From: Octopus vulgaris
Taxonomy: Eukaryota
Assembly: GCA_951406725.2 (NCBI GenBank)
Contig: OX597825.1
Coordinates: 72,416,001 to 72,480,000, forward strand
DNA length: 64,000 bases
Direction of reading: 5' to 3'
Each line of letters opens with the position of its first letter. Positions within the stretch are counted from its first letter, which is position 1. The notes under the pieces are model-generated. The model had not been told where the DNA came from and did not search any database. It saw only the letters and a list, made by a program, of their open reading frames with translations. Position numbers and translations under genes: made by a program. Positions 56,838 through 64,000 of this stretch are shown here, piece by piece.

Positions 56838-56883
56838 AGCAAAATGTTTCGGCTGATATACTCTCCAGCCTTCATCAGGTGTC
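56838..56883 (-). ncRNA. Minimal hammerhead motif, helices I and III mutated
   Basis: gacac CTGATGA a ggctg...cagcc GAAAC att ttgct; three changes relative to the right arm. Confidence 0.55.
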
Positions 56884-56970
56884 TTGGGGAAATTTTGAAT
56901 CTGGGTTCTCATTGGGGTTAAGAGCGCGGGCTATTAACCCCAAGATTACGAGTTCGGTTCCAGGCAGTGA

Positions 56971-57037
<67 letters not shown>

Positions 57038-57061
57038 AAGAAGAAGAAGAAGAAGAAGAGC

Positions 57062-57128
<67 letters not shown>

Positions 57129-57175
57129 TCGAAAAATACCTTAGGAATGAGAACCCAGATTCAAAATTTCCCCAA

Positions 57176-57221
57176 GACACCTGATGAAGGCTAGAGGGTA
57201 TATCAGCCGAAACGTTGTGTT
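57176..57221 (+). ncRNA. Minimal type I hammerhead motif
   Basis: gacac CTGATGA a ggct-agagggtatatc-agcc GAA acgt T gtgtt: helix I gacac/gtgtt, loopless palindromic helix III ACGU, GUU triplet. Confidence 0.75.
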
Positions 57222-58598
57222 AACAACAAATAAGATGAGGACAAATATCCGTCAAATGTAAATAACGTAAATAATGTTTACTATTATTTATTATTACTGC
57301 AAAGCAAGATGAGGGTAATTAAATATTTAGACGTTTAGAGTAATATTTTAATGTAATGCCCGTACGTTCAGCGCTCTAATATCTGCTTTCCAATAAGGAA
57401 TTATCTTAAAATAATAATTTTGTATTACAAGCACAAATCCATACATAGTGGCGGATCATACTGACAATCCCAGTATTTAATTGGTACTTTCTTTTAATTC
57501 TTAAACAATGAAAAGCAGGTATAATTCGAACTCAGAACATGGATACGCCACTACTGCAAGACATTTTCTACGGCACTGTAGCGTTTCTGCTAATCCGTTA
57601 CTTCACAATAACTTAAGGTAACAATGAAATAAGCCTTCATATCGTTTTTTACTCCCTTTTTAAATGATTCTACTTTACTGGGGTTGCTAATACCTTTGAG
57701 AAGTACAAATAATGTTACACAATCTGAACTGGTATTCGTTACATTCTCGTAAATAGGTTGCAGTCTTCTGAAAAAAAAACAAAAAGAAAATTTTTTTTTA
57801 AATACGGAACAAATTATGTTTTACCTCATATGGTATAGGTTTTACATTTTCCGTGTAACGTTAACTGTTTTATCTACGCTCCATATGAAATATTGCTGTA
57901 ATCCAGCTCTAACGTTAACTTTAGTCTATCACTTCGAGCAAACAAAAGTGGTTCACAGTAATTCAACTATTTACAACCGTACAGGACAATCAATGTATAT
58001 TTATGGGCTTTACCTGAAGTCTATTATCACGGATAGTGGAAAAATCAGTCAATTTGTTATCTGAGAATCGTGTTATTTCTTATAAAATGTCGTGTTTCAT
58101 TTGAGCTGGTTTATTCATGATCGCAAGCACAAAGCTACTTCGCACATAAATAGTGCTACATTTCACTCCAAAACATAAACAAAAGTTGAAATAAGGCTTG
58201 AATTAACAACTAAAGCAATTTATACAGGAAATAATTAAAGGAAAGAATAGAATGATAAAACTATAATTAATTGTCCATAACAGTCATACGCGTGCTTTGG
58301 AATATGCCTTCGTCCATCTGATTCTAATTTCTCATTGGACACTTTCGGATCAAAATTCTTGATTTCCAAGTCATTGTCTCCGATCTTCAAACATGCGTAC
58401 AATTTCTCGATACTTTATTCCAAGAGATTTCAATAATATTATTTTCTCCCTATATTGAAGTGGTTAAATTTTTTCGATTTGTAAATATTGACGCTTCCAC
58501 CCGGTATCTGTTGATTTTTCACAAAATCATATCACTTAAAATCGTATTTAGTATCAATTTTACCTTTACCTAAATATTGATTTAATTTGTTACGTTTA

Positions 58599-58993
58599 CT
58601 AGCAGTATCACCCACCGTTAGTCGGGTTTGTTTCGACCCTTTGGAATTGGAATTTTTGAAAAGTAAAACTTTTGCATTATGTAGCTTGTTATTCTCTTTA
58701 AGTGAACATTTTTCTGGTTGAAATACACCGAAAAATGGCGACACAGCAGTCAAAAAATCGTAAAAAATAGGGATTTTCATAGAAAAAAAAGCACCTTTTT
58801 GATGTAAATAATTTTTGGTGTTAACATGGTCCGATTTGAATTTTTTCTTCTACGGAAGGAAGAGCAAGCCTTCTTCTATCATACTCTCACTTTTGGTCAA
58901 CTTGCGCCGCAGGGTCTCAGAGGAGATAATGTTAGTTGAAGGCTACCAAACCTGCCATACACAGACAACTTCTGTTTTATATAGAGAGAGAGA
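58599..58993 (-). mobile_element. Non-autonomous Helitron
   Basis: Minus strand A|TC...CTAG|T with a degenerate subterminal hairpin; termini shared with 60640-61034. Confidence 0.75.
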
Positions 58994-60639
58994 TAAGCTG
59001 CATTTTGCTGTTTATAACCTCCGTCGTGGATTTTTTGTTTCAGCCATAAGGAATTGCAGCCATATTGTATAATCCTTCAAAATTATTTAACGCTTAACCT
59101 CCCGAATATACTCATCAGTCACTTTCGTAATGCATAAAACATACATCTCGTTGATTACAGAGAAAATACTCGGACTTAAAGATAGTAGTTTAGGAAGCAT
59201 CTTCCTTTTATAAAATTGCTGTGAGAAATTTTCAGATAGTTTCACAAAATTCGTTACTTGCAATGTTAGCGAGATCTGATTCGAACGAAAATTTGCGAGA
59301 CGCTACTTTTTCAGTGACAATCTGTTCATAACACACTTGACCCATTGGTACAAAGGAATATGGGAACATCAGTGTTTCCATATGGTGTGTCTCGTCAGCA
59401 AGAAGCATCCCTTTTTTGAGCCTAACCGAGCCAGTGACTTTGTTTATAATTTCAGCAAGACCTCTGCCGAATATGGCTGATAAGGCCGATTAGGAAACAC
59501 CATTGTCCCAGAATCCCTTGCACTAATGAGCCGAGTATGTTATGAATATATTGACGTCGTAAAAGGAAGATATTCTCCTGTAATGTACACAACAGCGACT
59601 AGCATATTTTACAATCGAATTTGGCCGGGAACGTATTAAGAATAATTATGCAAATCATCGTTTAAACAAAACTTTATTTCTACACTTCTTTTTACCATTC
59701 TCTTGTAATAACATATCGGATAATCTAACGTATTTGTATGGTAGTATTTTCTATATTCCTGTTTTAAATTCAGCTGTATCCAAATAGAGTAAATCGGTGT
59801 TATTAGTGTCACTTCATATGTATCTCTTATTATAATCAATTATAGTTGTTTGATGATAGTTTCATTTGAGATCGATTTTTAAAAAATACATTTTCCTCTC
59901 CTCGCCGCTTCAGTCGTATCGTTTATCAAAGAGATTATGTATCTCACATTATTAATAGCATTGTTTGATTTGACTTTGCCAACACATATACAAAGTGTAT
60001 GATGTTTTCTATATTACATTTATTTGCATTGGCTCAACCAAGCTTGCCAGTTGAAACGCTGATGAAGTCTTTTAACGTTGCTCATCTGCAAAAGTAACGG
60101 CTTTAAATTTTGACACACGGCCAGCAATTTTAGGGGGAGGGAGTAGTCGAGTGCATTGACCCCAGTGCTTGACAGGTATTTTATTTCATTGACCTCGAAA
60201 GGATGAAAGACAAAGTTAAACTCGGCGAGATTTTAACGCAGAACATAAAAGGCCAATGGAAACACAGCTAAGCATTTTTTTTTCCGACGAGGTAACGAAT
60301 TGGCTTGTTCGCTGCCTTCATCTGTAATAGAAATAGCTGTTGTAATTTTATGGACCCACTTATGAGCTCATGACTCTCACATATGAGTAGCGACAATTAA
60401 CTCCTTCAACGCAAAAAGCTGATATATATCCGCTCAATATTTTAATACTCTTAACTACGGAAAGCAGTTTTAACCCCGCGACTTTGAAAAGAATAAAACC
60501 CCTCCGTATTCTGTGAGAAGCAACAACACCCTCAGTAACACTTCTTACAGAACAAGAATCAAATACTTTTAGTGGTAAATATGAAAACCGTACCTAAATA
60601 AATTACTGGATAAAGCATTGCAAAAGCATTTATAAAACA

Positions 60640-61034
60640 CTAGCAGTATCGCCCGGCGTTGCTCGGGTTTGTAAGGGAAATAACTATATAAGCATTTTTA
60701 GAGATGTAAAGTATAATAGCCATCTCAATATGGCTAACCACAAGGTGGGGGGTTACTGTAGCTTTTTACGTTCTGAAATTTAATAATACATTTTTAGAGA
60801 GTTACTTCCCTTATATAATAGCAAAAAAAATGCATTAAAAATTGGAAAAAATGATGGTAAATTTTTTTTAAATCGTAGACTCATCGTAGACGCGCACTAA
60901 TACCCAGAAGGGCTCGATATGAATCACGACTATAAGATACCCACTTTTGGTTACACTGCACCGCAAAATGTGGGAGTAGTTAGGAATCTAAATCGTAGGA
61001 GACAGACACACAACTTCTCTTTTATATATAAAGA
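60640..61034 (-). mobile_element. Non-autonomous Helitron
   Basis: Minus strand A|TCtttatatataaaag...cccgagcaacgccggg hairpin...CTAG|T, no TSD. Confidence 0.85.
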
Positions 61035-62182
61035 TTTATTCTACTTTTCTCTTTGTACGGAATTAGCATCATTATCGGAATGACTACGAATATAATTACG
61101 TAACCAAAGGATTAACAACCGTTCAAACACTCAGCATTCTAATTCCTCAGATCCGTGCAACAATGACTAACTTTATTCTTTAATAAACCCACATCATTAG
61201 CTTATTAATTTCTCACAATAGGTCGACCAGCATTTTAACCCTTTAACTGTGAAATTAAATTTCATGTTCATTCCGGTAATTATGTTGATTATCCGCCAAA
61301 TCATAGAATTGATATTTTCTGCTTTTCCAATACTGTTTTCATATCCACCGCAAAACGTATCTGATTCTTGTTCTGTGAAGACGCATTTGATGAAATATGT
61401 GAAACATTAACAAAATCTGAAAAAGGGACTTTTGTAAAAAGTGACACTGGAGATGTCTTCGCTTCTTGAAACATAAGAAAAGCTTTCTTTCAAAGATCTA
61501 GGGGAGAACGGCTTTCCGCAGTTAAATGTGATAAAACTTTGAGGGAATATATCCGTTTTCCCTTCGAATTTTGCAGAAAATTTTCTTTTTATTTTTTTAT
61601 TCTTTACTTGTTTCAGTCATTGGACTGCGACCATGCTGGGACACCACCTTGAAGGGTTTAGTTACCAAATTGCCCCCGATGTTTATTTTTAAGTGTGGCA
61701 CTTATTCGAACCAATCACATGTCGGGCTGATAACGTTACTGACTGCACCAAAGCCACACATGAAGCAGAGACTGCGTTCAGACTTCGATATGAATCATAA
61801 ACTATCACCACTATCAGTAAAATGGCCCTCAACTAAAAACAGTCACTTTTATTTCGATTGATTTATTCATGCTGGAAAGCACGACCAAAATGGCGCAGTA
61901 TATAAAGACGAGATACTACATTTTCAGCAATAAATCGATGTTTAATGGATTGCTTGTGCATTTATAAATATTCAGAAGCTAATAGGTAATTTCTTTATCT
62001 CGTAACCACAAATCCTAAGCCTTTAACCTTTATCATGCATTCTTCTACATATTTCTTACTTATTTCTCTCTCCGACTTTGCTAAAGTCTTATTTGGCTCA
62101 GGCAACTATTTCTTTCGGGATTAGCGTCTAAGCAATATAAGAGTGTATAGCGTGTCTATACACACATACCTATATACATATG

Positions 62183-62234
<52 letters not shown>

Positions 62235-62435
62235 AACATATATGCAAATATATATACATACGAACATATATGCAAATATATATATATATATATATATACA
62301 CACAGACATATACGTATATATAAATGCTAGGTGAAATCAGTGTTATGAGTGTGTGTGTGTGTGTATATACATACATGCATATGATATGAATGTATATACA
62401 TATATGCATACACGCATATATATACATATATTCAA

Positions 62436-62466
<31 letters not shown>

Positions 62467-62575
62467 TATAAACATACACAAAGACACGCACACATACACA
62501 CACACATAAATGAATATAGATATGTCTATATACATATAGTAATATGTATATATTTCTATACATGTACAAGTAATT

Positions 62576-62612
<37 letters not shown>

Positions 62613-63184
62613 GCACATACACACATACACACACACACACACACAGACAAACACTGAGCCACACACACACAAACATGCCCAGTGCTTCAATGTTAGACTA
62701 TCATAAAGAAAATAATGTCCAGCCTCATTACTCTTCTCATGATTTGAATCTTTCAATGCTTAATTATTTATGATAACCACATATTGGTCATTTCTAACAT
62801 GTCTACCTCTACGCATGTACGTATCTGTCTGTGCACTCTGGCATTCACAGGATGCGCGCGCACACACACATACATACATACATACATACACTCACTCACA
62901 GATACACACATATATATAGAGAGAGAATTAGGCGTAGCTGTATGTAAGAAGTTTACTTCACACTACATGTGTTCGTGGTTTGGGGTTCAGTTCCACTGCG
63001 TGGTACCTTCGGCAGGTGTATTCTACTATAATATCGCACCTGTGATTAGGTTAGTTAAACACAAACTGAAAGATTATCCTCGTCGTGTATATCTGTATAT
63101 TAAAGGAAGGGGACAACAAAACGAGGGCAGGACAAGCGTATCGGATAATTTAAAATATTTTAATTATTATAATCTTTTCTACTC

Positions 63185-63627
63185 CTTCGAAATTTCAAAG
63201 CAAGAGAAAAGAAATCCATGATGGTTCTCTGGAGGACTTTCGTTCTCAGCCGTCTGGATTACTGCTCCCAACGGTGGTCATCAAACAGTGTGAATTTGCT
63301 GACGGAACTCGAGGTAATCCAGGTATCAGTAACTGGGAGAGACTAAAAGAGTCAAGACTCTACTCCCTGGAACGAAGGCGGGGAAGATATGCAGTAATAT
63401 ACATCTAAAACATTCTAGTAATCTTGTTCCAAAATTTGGCATTGTCACTTACACAAACAGCTGGACGGGGCGCTAGTACGTGGTACCAATGGTTCCAAAT
63501 TTGCCATCCGGTAACAGGACCAGATACTGCAACAGCTTGGGTTTCAAAGGAGGTTCAGTGAAAGTGTAGCAAAGCAAACAACGGTGCTCCAGCATGGCCG
63601 CAGTCCTTGAACTGAAATATAAAAGTA

Positions 63628-63630
<3 letters not shown>
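63185..63630 (+). mobile_element. Decayed, internally deleted CR1-group LINE 3' end
   Basis: [55 protein letters not shown], then the tail ggtgctccagcatggccgcagtcc. Confidence 0.9.
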
Positions 63631-63659
<29 letters not shown>

Positions 63660-63666
63660 GTGTATA

Positions 63667-63703
<37 letters not shown>

Positions 63704-63829
63704 GTGGGGGGGGGGGGGGTTTGTGTGTGTGTGTGTGTGTGTATTTCTTTTTATATATATACATACATGCATACATATACATACGTACGTACATACATAC
63801 ATACATACATACATACATACATACATACA

Positions 63830-63862
<33 letters not shown>

Positions 63863-63948
63863 TTAAATAACCACCTTTTATCAATTCAATAAGGAAAAAT
63901 TAAATTATACCATTTAGAAAAATTACATATTATAGAATTATTATAAAT

Positions 63949-64000
<52 letters not shown>

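Larger units (their letters stand above)
56751..57276 (+). mobile_element. tRNA-headed element with a hammerhead-containing Penelope-like tail and an inverted tail copy
   Basis: Inverted arms at about 56784-56913 / 57146-57275; tRNA-like segment 56914-56973; (AAT)(AAG)(AAC)(AAT) spacer; hammerhead core in both arms. Confidence 0.75.

Noticed and set aside
56914-56973. Functional tRNA gene
   Set aside because: The 5' acceptor strand is missing and the stems are degenerate, so it is treated as a SINE head
56875-57184. Two opposite-strand ORFs with identical N- and C-termini
   Set aside because: Artefact of the inverted repeat arms; the signal is at the RNA/element level
59100-59130. Minus-strand CTGATGA near GAAA
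   Set aside because: Motif order and helices do not fit any hammerhead topology
59365-59402. Minus-strand CTGACGA...GAAAC hammerhead-like spacing
   Set aside because: Helix II and helix I cannot pair

Overview
AT-rich animal DNA with no recognisable host protein-coding exon, so probably intron or intergenic. The repeat content suggests a coleoid cephalopod such as Octopus (inference from recalled SINE families, not a database result). Almost all ORFs in the track are translations of microsatellites. Supported content: one 5'-truncated CR1-group LINE with an uninterrupted reverse transcriptase ORF (22786-24870, minus) and four decayed relatives; fragments of Tx1/L1-like and R4/Dong-like LINEs; five mariner-type remnants and one Tc1 remnant; two non-autonomous Helitrons; and dozens of tRNA-derived SINEs with swappable heads and tails. 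The most striking signal is eight type I hammerhead ribozyme motifs (plus one doubtful remnant) from about six unrelated sequence families, mostly with the palindromic or near-palindromic helix III typical of Penelope-like elements. One family is fused to a tRNA-like Pol III head and has inverted terminal arms (56751-57276), which makes it a candidate ribozyme-bearing SINE mobilised by Penelope-like elements. All alignments and folds were done by eye and boundaries of decayed elements are approximate.
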